64,000 nt of DNA from Octopus sinensis. Its lineage: Eukaryota. The notes beneath the pieces are model-generated. The model was given only the letters and a program-made list of their open reading frames with translations. It had not been told where the DNA came from and did not search any database. Of the stretch, positions 13,149 to 25,962 are shown piece by piece. Position 1 is the stretch's first letter. Each line of letters begins with the position of its first letter. A program made the position numbers and the translations under genes. Location of the stretch: the NCBI RefSeq assembly GCF_006345805.1, contig NC_042998.1:28644001-28708000 (forward strand), written 5' to 3'.

Positions 13149-13499
13149 CAAGAGCATTCAGAGAACGCAGACCTCCGCCAAGGCAACACCGACGTCCTCT
13201 CAACGATTAGCCGGAGATGATTTTTAGAATGAAAATATCTGAAATAAATTCGATTGCTCTCATAAATGAGAATACTAAAAATGAATCCGACTGCTCTCAA
13301 AAATTAAGTAAAAAAAGAAAAGGAAAACTAATTCCAAATCCTTGTCCGGTACGGGATCGATCCCAAAATCTAACCAGTTCCTGCCAGTCACGAGGCCAAA
13401 CATCCCTGAAAGTTTCACCCGAATCCATCCAGCGGTTCTTGAGATATCTTGTCTGCGGGCAAACAAACAAACACAACTGAAAAACAATACCTCCGCCTT
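13148..13499 (-). mobile_element. Helentron-associated (HINE/DINE-1-like) non-autonomous element
   Basis: GGCGGAGGT subterminal repeats, short (GTTT) tract and GCCTTGGCGGAGGT..GCTCTTG 3' end. Confidence 0.65.
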
Positions 13500-13933
13500 A
13501 TTATCATTATTATTATTATCCTTATTAGTAGTGATGTTGTGAGTAGGCAAAATCATTCGCATGCTGGACAAAATGCTTCTCTTCATTTCATCTATCTCTG
13601 CATTCTTAGTTCAAATGCTGCTGAGGTCAATTTTTGTCTTTCATCCCTTCAAGGTCAATGAAATAAATACCAGTTGAACACTGGGGTTGATGTTATCAAC
13701 TGACCCCTTCCTCAAAGTAACATGCCCTCTGATTATTGTAGTAAAGATTATTAGTAAGACAGCAAACTGGTAGACTTCTTAACGCACAAGAAAAAGGAAA
13801 AAAAAAAAACAATCCTTAACAACATTTCTTCCAAGATTACATTTTGAGTTCAAATCCTACCGATGTGGAGGCAATTGACTTAGCTCTCCCCCTAAAATCG
13901 ATGGAATTGTGCCAAATTTTGAAAGAATTTATG

Positions 13934-14300
13934 TTATTTCCACCTTAGCGAAGGCGGAGGTATTGTTTTCAGTTGTCTTTGTTTGTTTATCAGTGGACAA
14001 GATATCTCAAGAACCTCTGGATGGATTCGGATGAAACTTTCAGGGATGTTTGACCTCGTAACTGACACGAACTGATTAGATTTTGGGATCGATCCTGTAC
14101 GGACAAAGATTCTGGATTATTTGCCCTCTTTTCTTTACTTAAATTTTGAGAGCAGTCGGATTCATTTTTAGTATTCTCGTTTATGAGAGCGATCGAATTT
14201 ATTTCAGATATTCTCATTTAAAAAAATCATCACCGACTAATCGTTGAGAGGACGTCGGTGCTGCCTTGGCGGAGGTTTGCGCTCTCTGAATACTCTTGTT
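13934..14300 (+). mobile_element. Second HINE-like copy, inverted relative to the first
   Basis: Aligns in reverse complement to 13148-13499; 5' CCTTAGCGAAGG hairpin. Confidence 0.65.
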
Positions 14301-14497
14301 ATTACTAACAATAGTAGTAGCAGCGGTAGTTGTAACAGTGGTGATGTTGATACTGTAGTATGACACTTTATTAACTACCAGGTTTTTTGTTGCAGCTATT
14401 CTGAATATTTTATCTCAATTGCCAATCAATTTTGTTTCATTTTCCTTTCCAATTTGCCATAAATATCCGGTTAATTTATATATTTTAAAATGTCCCC

Positions 14498-14532
<35 letters not shown>

Positions 14533-14778
14533 ATATTTATACACACACACTCACGCACACATGCTCACACATACACATAATACTTATATGTGTGTATGTG
14601 ACTATACTATGAATAACTGTTTCAGAATTTATTCATTTTTCTTTACATTTATTCTTTTTGCCTTATATGTACATACAGACATACATACATTCTCTCTCAC
14701 ACACACACATATATACATATATACATACATACATACACATATATAAATATATATACACGCACATACACGCATTTACAA

Positions 14779-14820
<42 letters not shown>

Positions 14821-15328
14821 GCACACACATACATATATATAGATACACATATACATATATACATATATATATACACATACATATATAAATATAAATATAT
14901 ACATGCACACACCTAGATATATCCATATATATTCATTCATTCCATTTTACATTTAATATGTGTATATACATATATACATACATGCACACACATTTATTTA
15001 TATGCCTGTGTACACACACATACGCATACACCCAAACACACACATTCTCATATCAAACCGCCGCTTTTACTTTCCTCCTTCCCTCCCTCCCGCTCGCTTC
15101 CACTCTCACTCTTCCTCCCTCTATTCTCTCTCACTCTCACTCACTCACTCTCTCTCTCTCCTTTCTACTCTTCCTCTCCTCCCTGTTGTTAGTATTCCAG
15201 TTCATCACACTCAGTGTTTTTCAACCCATCTATCCCCCTCCATCCCACCCATTTTCTGCAATTATTTCATCCAATCATTTTATTACTCTGCTATATCTAG
15301 TATTGATTATATATATATATATATGTGC

Positions 15329-15369
<41 letters not shown>

Positions 15370-16061
15370 CAGAGAGAGAGAGAGAGTGGGGGGGGATTTA
15401 TTTCGAGTCGAGATTCAAAAATATTTCTTCTCGTTTCATTTGTCCCATGAAATTGATTGTCGGCCGTTTTTCTCTTCATTCACTTTTCTCTTTCATATTT
15501 CCTATTTTCCAAAGTTCCTTGTTTCTTTTCATCTTTGCTTTCATTCATTGAATCTTTTTTCATTTCATTCTATTCTTTTTCTTTCATTACATCGATCTCA
15601 TTCGCTTAGTTTGCTTTTGTTTTCTTTTCCCATTTTCCCTAGATTTAGTTTTTCATTCTTTGTTTCATTATTTTCTTATTCTTTTCTTTCTTCTGCATTT
15701 ATCCCTTTCACTCTATTTCTTTTTATTTTTGGCTTTGAATATTACTTTTTCTTCATTTCGCTCCTGCTCTTTAAGTCCTTACAAAAGTACAGATAATATT
15801 AATGGTCTATGTTATAGTTTCTCTCGACTCTCTTCTGCTTTTTATCCTTTGTATTTCTCGGTTTCATTATTTATCTACCTTTCTTAATGTTTTCCTTGCA
15901 TCTGTGTCACTTCTTTTTAAGTGTTTTGTGCATGAAAATAGAGTTATACTCGTGCATGTAAATATGTGTGTTGTACGTCCATCTCTTTGTGGAGTGTGTG
16001 CATGGAGGCGGCTTTTTGTGGAAAACGGAATAAAAAGGGTTCATGTTCTTGAAGTTCTGTT

Positions 16062-16168
16062 ATGCAAATGATTTAGCGTTTACAATTCAGTCTTCAGGAA
16101 ACCAGCGAGCCACGTGATCACCTACCATGCAGTTGAACACGTGTGACATGCAGACGTCATATTTGCAT
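16062..16168. promoter_or_regulatory. Candidate cis-regulatory module
   Basis: ATGCAAAT at 16062, CACGTG at 16111 and 16138, GACGTCA at 16153 and ATTTGCAT at 16161, in non-repetitive sequence. Confidence 0.3.
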
Positions 16169-16584
16169 GGGAAAAAGGATATATGTACTGAACTGGACCA
16201 TTTTTTGGTGAGAGGTGGGGTGGCAGAATATAACAGACGAGAGATCAATGACATCAGAGTAAATGTTAAAACAGTCTAGAGAAGAAAGGTTCTAAGTTCA
16301 AATTCTGCCATGGTGGACTTTGCCTTTCATCCTTTCGGGGTCGAAAAATGACTATCAGTTAAGTACTGCGGTCGATGTAATCTGACTCTTTCCCCAAAAT
16401 TTTCGGGCCTTGTGCCTAGAGTAAAAAGAAAAAGAGAAAAAAAATATATATTTGTCACCTGATGTTCCATGGGGAACGTCAAGCTCTAAGCTAAGCTAAG
16501 TGTTTGTTCAACATATTGATATTACTTTATCCGAAACTGCTTCGGGCTGGAAGCGTTATGGATTTCGGAATGATATAAGTTAAT

Positions 16585-17130
16585 GAAGGATCATGCTATG
16601 ATAGTTTCTCTTTGATTTCACACACTGTCAGGATTCCTTGCCCTGTGATTATATATATATATATATATGTGTGTGATTCTGTAATTCTTTCACATAATTT
16701 CACCTTGATATATCTCGGTATCTTTTCTGCAGTATCATCTTCGTTGTAATTGTCGTCATTAGAACCTCCTTGGTTGAGGACCTTTTAATCTATTTCATCA
16801 TCGCTCATGAAATGAACAACTGAGAGATAAAACTTCCATCAATAATCATTTCCTTCTTGTTTGGCATCATCATTTCCTCACTTAACTCGCAGAATTCTTA
16901 GAACTAATCACTTCTCTATCGGCGACCACTGATCATAATTGGAAGCCAGTGATGGTGCCAGGCATGTGCAAAAGTGGTTTTAGTTAAATGACCCTGTACA
17001 TTAGCAACAGCATGTGTGACATATTTCACAGCAAACGGCTTTTGGGAACCGTCCACACTCTGCTTCTATTCACTGCTGCCAGCATGCCATTCAAGAGGCC
17101 ATATAAATGCCGAGGACCTCCCATGCGCTT
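16585..17130 (-). pseudogene. pogo/Tigger transposase C-terminal relic
   Basis: LLNGMLAAVNR..FAHAWH..VVHFMSDDEI..VLNQG..TAEKIP..IT.QGILTVCEIKEKL resembles Tigger/Jerky-type C-termini as recalled; interrupted by (TA)n. Confidence 0.7.
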
Positions 17131-17596
17131 TCTGAAGCTTTTGATTTGGGGCATTTCTCTTATTTGAAAACAACAATTCGTGTTTTGAAGATTTTTTTCA
17201 AATTTTGGAATTTCAGATAAACGATAATGACTTCAAATGTGAAACTAACTTTATTAACACTTTATTAATATTAATCAAAATTAGCCTGTTAACCAGGGTA
17301 AACATGACTTCTGGGAGTTTCTTTGATGTTAAGATCAAACTGACAGTGGAATCATACTAGTCGCTCAGAAAATCAACAACAAAATATCTCAAATAATATC
17401 TTAATGAACAATTGAAATGAACATACTGTTATCATAGGAAACAATTTTCAACGTAGATAGTGTTCTATTATAAACGCACAAACACATTTCCAGTAAAAAT
17501 TTACATTATACGCCCAACAATATATAAACACTTTTGAAGCGACCGGAAGGTCTTCAACTGGTTAACGGCAACAACATAAAAGTAAATTGCAGCTGT

Positions 17597-18134
17597 CTTC
17601 TTCTTCTTCTTCTTCTCTTCTTCTTCTTCTTCTTCTTCTTCTTCTTCTTCTTCTTCTTCTTCAATCAGGACTCACGCCATTAGCCACAAAGAATAACCTC
17701 TAATTCGAGCCTTCTCTAAGCTACTAAGAATGCGTGTGGCAACTTGAAGATCCACCCACCACATGGCGGTTGCACGGGCGCGAAAGTTACGTTGTTGTCC
17801 TCATTCCGTGAACGGTGGCATTTTTAAAGGGGGCAGAGCTGAATCATCCTGGGTTACAAAGGATTCGCAATCTAGACTAGGGTCTGAAAGTTTACCACAC
17901 CATAGTGGGTTACACCATGTTTCCTCTGCATTGTGGCAGAAGTAGAAAGAAAGAATGAGAGGAAGTTGCGGTGAAAGAGTACAGCGGAGTTCACCACCAA
18001 AATCCCCGCCGGAGCCTCGTAGAGCTTTGGTGTTTTTGCTCAATAGACACTCACAATGCCCGGTATGGGAATCAAAACCGCGTTCTTACGACCGCGAGTC
18101 CGCTGCCCTAACCACCGGGCCATTGCGCCTCCAC
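17597..18134 (-). mobile_element. SINE family C head with long third tail (C3) and (GAA)n end
   Basis: 9-bp TSD TGCAGCTGT at 17588-17596 and 18135-18143. Confidence 0.85.
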
Positions 18135-18932
18135 TGCAGCTGTTGTTGATATATTTCCAACATTGTAAATAGGCACAAATTTTCCAGTTAGGCAGATTAT
18201 AATGGGTCAATCGCGGATGACAAAAGATTAACTGTTCATTAAAAGCAAGTAGTACAAGAATGGCTTCGGTGATAGTACCTAATATATGCCTAAATCAAAA
18301 CAAAGATGCAGTCTGCGATTTTTTGTAAGTTACACATGCATTATAAGAAGAAAAAAAAACGTCACAAAATCTGCTGCAGTTAAAATTGCTGGTGGAACAC
18401 AGCAATGTTTCACACCAAAAGTCATCCGAAAACACGTGTAATGGCAGAAAGATAACATAAAATGCGTTCACTTTAAGCTTGAACAATCGCTTCTATAACC
18501 ATCTCCCCCTCCAACACACCCACACACCAAAGAATAAAGCAAAAACAAAATAAAAACATTGTAGTATAATTATAAAGAAATATCTTATAATTTGTCATTC
18601 GAAAATGGTAAATTCTATCACACACAAACACACACATCTTACACTCACAACGCCCGGTCTGGGAATCGAAACCGGGATCCTAGGACCGCGTGTCTGTTGC
18701 CCTAACCACTGGGCTATTGCGCCTCCACACCCACACACACACATACACACACATATATATATAACTTACATAACGTATGTGTGTCGTTGAAAAGCCAGCC
18801 GCTGAGGTTTTCAACAACACACATACATCAAATATGTTATATTGATAACGGTTTTACTATATATCTACTTCTATTGCACAATTCGCATAGACGCATGCGC
18901 ACATACATACATACATACATACATAAATAAAT

Positions 18933-19154
18933 GCGCCCTTTTAAAGCCTAGCCAGGCTCATGGGCCCGGTTTCAATGGCGTATGTGTTCCCCAGCTGGAC
19001 AGGACGCCAGTCCATTTGCCAGCTGAGTGGACTGGAGCAACATGAAATGAAGTGTTTTGCCCAAGAACACAACGCGTCGCCCGGTCCAGGAATCGAAAGC
19101 ACAATCTTACGATCATGATGCTGACACCCTAACCACTAAGCCACGCGCCTCCAC
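18933..19154 (-). mobile_element. SINE family G (tRNA head plus conserved central domain)
   Basis: GGAGGCGCGTGGCTTAGTGG head; GTTGCTCCAGTCCACTCAGCTG core shared with ~30100 and ~33830. Confidence 0.75.
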
Positions 19155-19379
19155 ACATACATACATGCATACATACATACATACATACATACATACATAC
19201 ATACATACATACATACATACATACATACATACATACACACACACATGCATACACTTGAAATTTACAGAAAAATAAAAGACGAAGACAGGAGTATGCACAA
19301 AGAGCAGATGTATTAGTATGTGTATGTATGTATGTATGTATGTATGTATGTATGTATGTATGTATGTATGTATGTATGT

Positions 19380-19515
19380 GCGGCATTTGTCTCGAGAAAG
19401 CATCTCTTATAAACCTGTAATGCTAAAAGACACGCAGATATATGACGAAAATGGTCAAGCGGTGGTGATTAAACCATACGTCTCTGAGAAATGCTTTCTC
19501 AAGATGAATACCCGC
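19380..19515. mobile_element. Small MITE-like element
   Basis: Imperfect ~28-bp TIRs (GCGGCATT..TCTCGAGAAAGCATCTC / GAGAAATGCTTTCTCAAGATGAATACCCGC). Confidence 0.45.
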
Positions 19516-19962
19516 AGTTTATTGGAATTTCAACGGTGCATATGCTTAACGTATGTAACACAAATTGCTATTTTCAGCTAATACTGCTTCTGTCACCATT
19601 AATGATTTACGTACACACACACACACACACACACACAGAGACACACCTGTCAGATGGAGCCCATGAAAGCCAGGAATATAACTCCTTCGCCTAAAGTAAA
19701 TCATAAAAACAAAAATAGTTAACATACTGCAAAGAAAAATAAAGGAACAGCATTAAAATGACTGCGAATAAAAATACACATTTGACTCTTCAGATTACGA
19801 TCCTTTTTACGAGACAAGTGAGGAGAGAAAGAGATGTGGTCTACGTGGCCTCTCGATTTTCTAATAAAAATGACCAAACCTACTTTTTGTGGCAACAATA
19901 ATATACGTTGTAAGATACATTGGACAAAATAGTTTAACCCATTCAGTCAATATTTTGCATCA

Positions 19963-20950
19963 GGCTGTGTGGTAAGTAGCTTGTTTACGAACCACATGGT
20001 TCCGGGTTGAGTCCCACTGCGTGGCACCTTGGGCAAGTGTCTTCTACTATAGCCTCGGGCCAACCAAAGCCTTGTGAGTGGATTTGGTAGACGTAAACTG
20101 AAAGAAGCCCGTCGTATATGTATATATATATATATAAGAAGCTTGCTTCTTAACCACATGGTTCCGGGTTCAGTCCCACTACGTGGAATTTTGGGCAAAT
20201 GTCTTCTATTATTCCTTCGGGCTGACCAAAGCCTTGTGAGTGGATTTGGTAGACGGAAACTGAAAGAAGCCCGTCACATACATACATACATACATACTAA
20301 TATTTGAATGTCTGTGTTGGTCCCGCCACCATCGTTTGACAACCGATGTTGGTGTGTTTATGTCCCTGTAACTTAGCGGATCGGCAAAAGATCCCGATAC
20401 AATAAGTACTAGTTGTATTAAAGAATAAGTGCTGAGGTCGATTTGTTCGACTAAAGGCGGTGCTCCAGCATGGCTGCAGTCAAATGACTGAAACAAGTAG
20501 AAGGAGTAAAATGGAGTAATTTGGTAAGTGATCGATAAATTGGAGCGATTTGGTAAAATCATTAACATCTTCAATATTCTTTCCTACTCTTGGCACAAGG
20601 ACCGACATGTCTTGGGGAGGAGGCCAGTCGATTAGATCGACCCCGTATGCAACTGGTATTTAATTTATCGACTCCGAAAGGATGAAAGGCAAAGTCGACC
20701 TCGGCAGAATTTGAACTCAGAACGTAGCGACAGACGAAATACCTATTTCTTTACTACCCACAAGGGGCTAAACACAGAGAGGACAAACAAGGACAGAAAA
20801 ACGGATTAAGTCGATTATATCGCCCCCATTGCGTAACTGGTACTTAATTTAATCGGCCCCGAAAGGATGAAAGGCAAAGTCAACGTCGGCGGAATTTGAA
20901 CTCAGAACGTAACGGCAGACGAAATTCCGCTAAGAATTTCGTCCGGCGTG
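19963..20950. mobile_element. SINE B with duplicated head (19963-20510, +) and SINE A dimer (20585-20950, -)
   Basis: Matches to the family sequences in the window. Confidence 0.85.
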
Positions 20951-21669
20951 CTAAATTAACATTTTCAATATTAAAATTAGCGTTGGAATAGAATGTGACG
21001 TAATAAAATATTCTGGTGCAAATTGATGATGAGATGTTATCCTTTAAATATATATTCATTCAAATTAAAGTTTTAGCTGTACAGAAACTGAGATGGCTCC
21101 ACGTGCCTGATTTGGAAGTAATTAAGCGAGGCATTTTACAAGTATCACGAAGAGAAGATTGTCAAAACTTAGTATAACAGGATTTGAGCTCATAATACGC
21201 TAGACTAAATACCTACCCCAAAAGCGTCTAACTTCTCGATCGAAGTCTACAGAAGTTTACAACGTACACATTAAATGCACATCTAACCAGCCGTTTAATG
21301 AGTTCTTCAAATCAGTCACCCAACCATCAAAAACCATCCATCCGTTACACCAAGCAGAAAAGATTATAGTTAATGGAGAAAGCTAATCTCTTCGCCAGAC
21401 AACAAACTACGATTACCTAACTAGACGTCCAAGTCAATGACATCTACATACCTTTACATAAGATCGTCTGCATTAATCAGGCTTGGTGGTGCTGCTACCA
21501 TGTCTAACAAGCCGAACAAACAAATAGTTGGGATGGGTGTGTGTGTGTGTGTTGGGGGGGGGTTACTGTGAGGAAACTAAAATACAGTGATGAGAATTTC
21601 GATGGAGATGGTAAAGGTGATAAGTGGAAGGGAAGAAAATGCCGAGGTAGAAGAGGGTGAGAAAGAGAC

Positions 21670-22000
21670 AGGTAACTACTACTACTACTACTACTACTAC
21701 TAGTAGCAGCAGTTGTAGTAGCAGCAGTAGTAGTAGTAATAGCAGCAGTAGCAGCAGTAGTACTAGTAGTAGCAGCAGCAGCTGTAGTAGGAGTAGTACT
21801 AGTAGTAGCAGCAGCAGCAGTGGCAGCAGTAGTAGTAGTAGTAGTAATAGTAGTGGCAGCAGCAGCAGCAGTAGTAATAGTAGTAGCAGCAGCAGCAGTA
21901 GTAGTAGTAGTAGTAATAGCAGCAGTAGTACTAGTAGTAGCAGCAGCAGCTGTAGTAAGAGTAGTACTAGAAGTAGTAGCAGCAGCAGTAGTAGTAATCC
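21670..22000. repeat. (TAG/CAG)n trinucleotide tract
   Basis: Direct inspection; source of the Ser/Thr/Val ORFs. Confidence 0.95.
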
Positions 22001-22101
22001 TTTCTAATATAGGCACAAGGCCTGAATTTTGGTGGAGGGAGGGTAATCGATTACATGGATAACAGGGCACAACTGGTTCTTATTTTATCGACCCCGACAG
22101 G

Positions 22102-22146
<45 letters not shown>

Positions 22147-22700
22147 GCCCTGATGCAGTACCAGGCAGTGGCTCTCGTGGCTTCTGATCTTAACTGACTG
22201 GAAGTGTTATCATGTACATTGTTTTCTCTTGGTATAAAAGATGGGCTACAGCAAATATTCTGCTCAGTACCACAGATTTGCTTGTCAGTTGTTTGACCTT
22301 AACCAGTTGAGCATGGCCCTTAGTGGCTGATGATATGTGCATCTCTGATCACGAGCAGAAGTAGTGGGGGAGCATCATAGCCATGTGTTGAGAGGGATTC
22401 TTTGGGGTTTGAATAATTCACCTCTGGAAACATGGGTGGTTCTTTCAACATCCTTAAGCAACCCTTATTCAGGGACCTTTTGAGCGGGATGGGCTACTCA
22501 ACGTGAAGAAAATTCTAACTGGGCCCCACCTGCAAGGTCATGTGCTGTTTATCTTGATATGAGATCACCATGTCGCGGACATATGGTTGTGATGCATTTG
22601 CCTAGTGTACCCTTATCAGACGGGTAGTCACGATGGGTATACTGGGCTTCGAATATTTTACCCCAGTGTCACTTTGATGGCATGTACTGCTCTCTCACTC
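22147..22700 (+). mobile_element. 554-bp non-coding element (family D) in (AAT)n
   Basis: Ends GCCCTGATGCAGTACCAG and CTCTCACTC shared with 53404-53941; (AAT)n on both sides. Confidence 0.8.
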
Positions 22701-22730
<30 letters not shown>

Positions 22731-22732
<2 letters not shown>

Positions 22733-22840
22733 CCTGATGCTGTACCAGTCAGTGGCTCTCGTGGCTGCTGATCTTACCTGATTGGAAGTGTTATCATGTA
22801 CATTGTTTTGTCTTGGTATAAAAGATGGGCTACAGCAAAT
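22731..22840 (+). mobile_element. Family D 5' fragment in tandem
   Basis: Repeats the first ~110 bp of D after its AAT tail. Confidence 0.8.
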
Positions 22841-23263
22841 GTCGGCCTTGGCATTCAATACTTTTTCTTTTATGCGTTACTTGTTTTAGTTAAGATGCGG
22901 CCATGCTGGGGCACTGCCATGAACAATCTTTAACCGAATGAATCTACCCAGGTACTTATATGTTTTAAGCTTGGTACTTATTCTATCGGTTCCTTTTATC
23001 GAACTGCTAACTTGCGAGGATGTAAACACACCAACACCCGTTGTCAATCGGTGATGGGGGACAAACACAGATACAAAAAAAAATAATAATAATAACGCGC
23101 ACACACACACACATACACACACGTCTACCATATCCACTCAAAATGTGTGAACGGTCCGACGCTATAATCAGAAGATACGCAGTGGGACTGAACCTGGAAC
23201 CATATGGTTGAGAAGCAAGCTTCTTACCACACAGCCACTTAATGAGTTTTACGTAAAATTAGA

Positions 23264-23641
23264 GTGGAGGCGCAATGGCCCAGTGGTTAGGGCAGCGGAC
23301 TCGCGGTCGTAGGATCGCGGTTTCGATTCTCAGACCGGGCGTTGTGAGTGTTTATTGAGCGAAAATACCTAAAGCTCCACGAGCTCCGGCAGGGATGGTG
23401 GTGATCCCTGCTGTACTCTTTCACCACAACTTTCTCTCAATCTTACTTCCTGTTTCTGTTGTACCTGTATTTCAAAGGGCCGGCCTTGTCACTCTCTGTG
23501 TCACGCTGAATATCCCCGAGAACTACGTTAAGGGTACACGTGTCTGTGGAGTGCTCAGCCACTTACACGTTAATTTCACGAGCAGGCTGTTCCGTTGATT
23601 CGGATCAACCGGAACCCTCGTCGTCATAACCGACGGAGTGC
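23264..23641 (+). mobile_element. SINE family C1, full length
   Basis: A box TGGCCCAGTGG and B box GTTTCGATTC; tail ends AACCGACGGAGTGC. Confidence 0.9.
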
Positions 23642-24094
23642 TTCCATTCCCCCCACTTTATCTGAAACTGACGATTCTCCAATCCACATCTGACCTCTTC
23701 ACCGCAAGTCACAGAGTCTTATGCTTAACCATCAAGTTCTCAATGCATTTCCCCTGTTTTTACGCACGTCTATACTTTACGAGCTGAATATGAGTCATCA
23801 ATCACAATTTCCAACACTGATTGATTTTCATCAGGTAAGGAATGGGTCTGCTCGCCACTAAACAGACCTAAAGCAATTAGCGAAAGCATGGTACAAGCAA
23901 CCAGATCATATTCACACACACACACACACACACACATATGCTAATACATTTTTACTTTAATTAGTTAATGAGTGCACTTAAAATTGAATTAATAATTAAA
24001 ATATATGGCATAAAATACCACGGCAGTTCTTTCTGTCTATCTATCTGTCTGGCTGGCTGGCTGGCTGGCTAGCTGGCTATCTTCTGCCTGTCTG

Positions 24095-24164
<70 letters not shown>

Positions 24165-24174
24165 TCTATTCTAT

Positions 24175-24235
24175 TAATCGATTACATCGATAACAGGGAA
24201 CAACTGGTACTTATTTTATCGACCCCGACAGGATG

Positions 24236-24276
<41 letters not shown>

Positions 24277-24500
24277 CATAATAATAATAATAATAAATGC
24301 CCTGATGCAGTACCAGGCAGTGGCTCTCATGGCTTCTGATCTTAACTGATTGGAAGTGTTATCATGTACATTGTTTTGTCTTGGTATAAAAGATGGGCTA
24401 CAGTTGAGCATGTCCCTTAGTGGCTGACGATATGTGCATCTCTGATCACGAGCAGAAGTAGTGGGGGAGCATCATAGCCATGTGCTGAGAGGGATTCTTT
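24175..24500 (+). mobile_element. SINE A fragment + (AAT)n + internally deleted family D
   Basis: Duplicate of the 22044-22400 region; deletion joins GGCTACAG to TTGAGCATG. Confidence 0.8.
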
Positions 24501-24513
24501 GAATTATTATCGC

Positions 24514-24578
<65 letters not shown>

Positions 24579-24777
24579 TTTCTTTCTCTCTCTCTCTCTG
24601 TGCTTCTCTCTCTACACATACTCACGCACACACACACGCACACACGCATATAAATAACTATAAATTAATTATAAACTTTTATTGTTTAGCCATTTAACGG
24701 CATTATTACTTACTGCCCCCCAATATTATTGTTATTGTTATTAATTATTTACATATTTACTGCTGCTGCTGCTGATA

Positions 24778-24810
<33 letters not shown>

Positions 24811-24841
24811 TGTATATTAATATTCATTTGAATATTTACTC

Positions 24842-24877
<36 letters not shown>

Positions 24878-24895
24878 GAATAAATATTGAAATGA

Positions 24896-24926
<31 letters not shown>

Positions 24927-24973
24927 ATACATACATACATACATACATACATACATACATACATACATACATC

Positions 24974-25008
<35 letters not shown>

Positions 25009-25551
25009 GCGGACAGAGAGATATCCACATACATATACATACGTGTAGAAATACATACACATACGCATATATACACATATAAGCACTATCTGTCTGGGTG
25101 AACTTGTACAAGTGTGGGTGTGTGTGTGTGTGTGTGCGCGCGAGCGCGTGTGTAATACAGGCAACCAAGCAAGTAACTGAATGACCAATCAATAACACTA
25201 ACGAGGTAATTAAATAATTTATGAGTACGACAAACTAGTTAGAAAATTGACTGAAACAACAAACTTTTATACATTATTCTTCGAAACCAAGTGTTTGCAA
25301 AAAAAAAAGAAATAAATAAAGAAAGAAAAATAGCTTCTGAAACATCATCGTCACCGCAACCACTACCACCATCATCTGCATCATTATTACCAAATCTTCT
25401 ACCAGCAGCACCACCACCACCGCCATCGGTATTAATATCGCCATATTGGTTCTAGTAAGACTGGTTTATTACATCGCTGTAATGAAAGGTTGCTTGTAAA
25501 CATTTAATAATCAGATGATTCTGTGTTGTCGTCTGGTATTTCATTATTTAG

Positions 25552-25745
25552 GCGGAAAGAGACGAATAGTCGTGATCTTTGCAACTTCCTGCTTCTGCAC
25601 CCGAGGAGACAGAGAAAAAAAACCAAGGAACGAGCATCTAGACAGGAGGGAGCTCCAATTTTGAGAAACAGCACCCAGGTTTCTTCCATTCACACCAGCC
25701 GTCGCGGGAGAAAAGGGATCACTTTGAATGATGTTGCCACATAAG
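25552..25745 (+). other. Candidate spliced exon (5' UTR plus MMLPHK)
   Basis: Acceptor TTTCATTATTTAG, donor AAG/GTAAAC; no ATG until 25728; non-repetitive and GC-richer. Confidence 0.25.
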
Positions 25746-25962
25746 GTAAACTTGATGATGGGAAGATTTCGTCTGGAACATTCTTGTCGTGGGTTTGTTC
25801 GCTTAAATATGGCTGAGTTCGGGATAAACAAAAAAAAACTGGTCTTAGTTAACCAAATGTTGGTGCTACACTTGTATGAAATATGAAAACCGTCTATCTC
25901 CTCTTCCTCCCCCTCCTCCTCCTCCTCCTCATCATCATCATCCTCATCTAAGCACTGCTACT

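Noticed and set aside
21504-22070. Thr/Ala- and Ser-rich mucin-like ORFs
   Set aside because: (TAG/CAG)n tract
22147-22480. HDV-like or hammerhead ribozyme in family D (GCCCTGA/TCAGGGA; CTGATGA at ~22328)
   Set aside because: No P2/P3/P1.1 could be built, and no stem II-GAAA follows the core
23264-23340. tRNA gene
   Set aside because: tRNA-like A/B boxes, but these are heads of multi-copy SINEs with no complete cloverleaf
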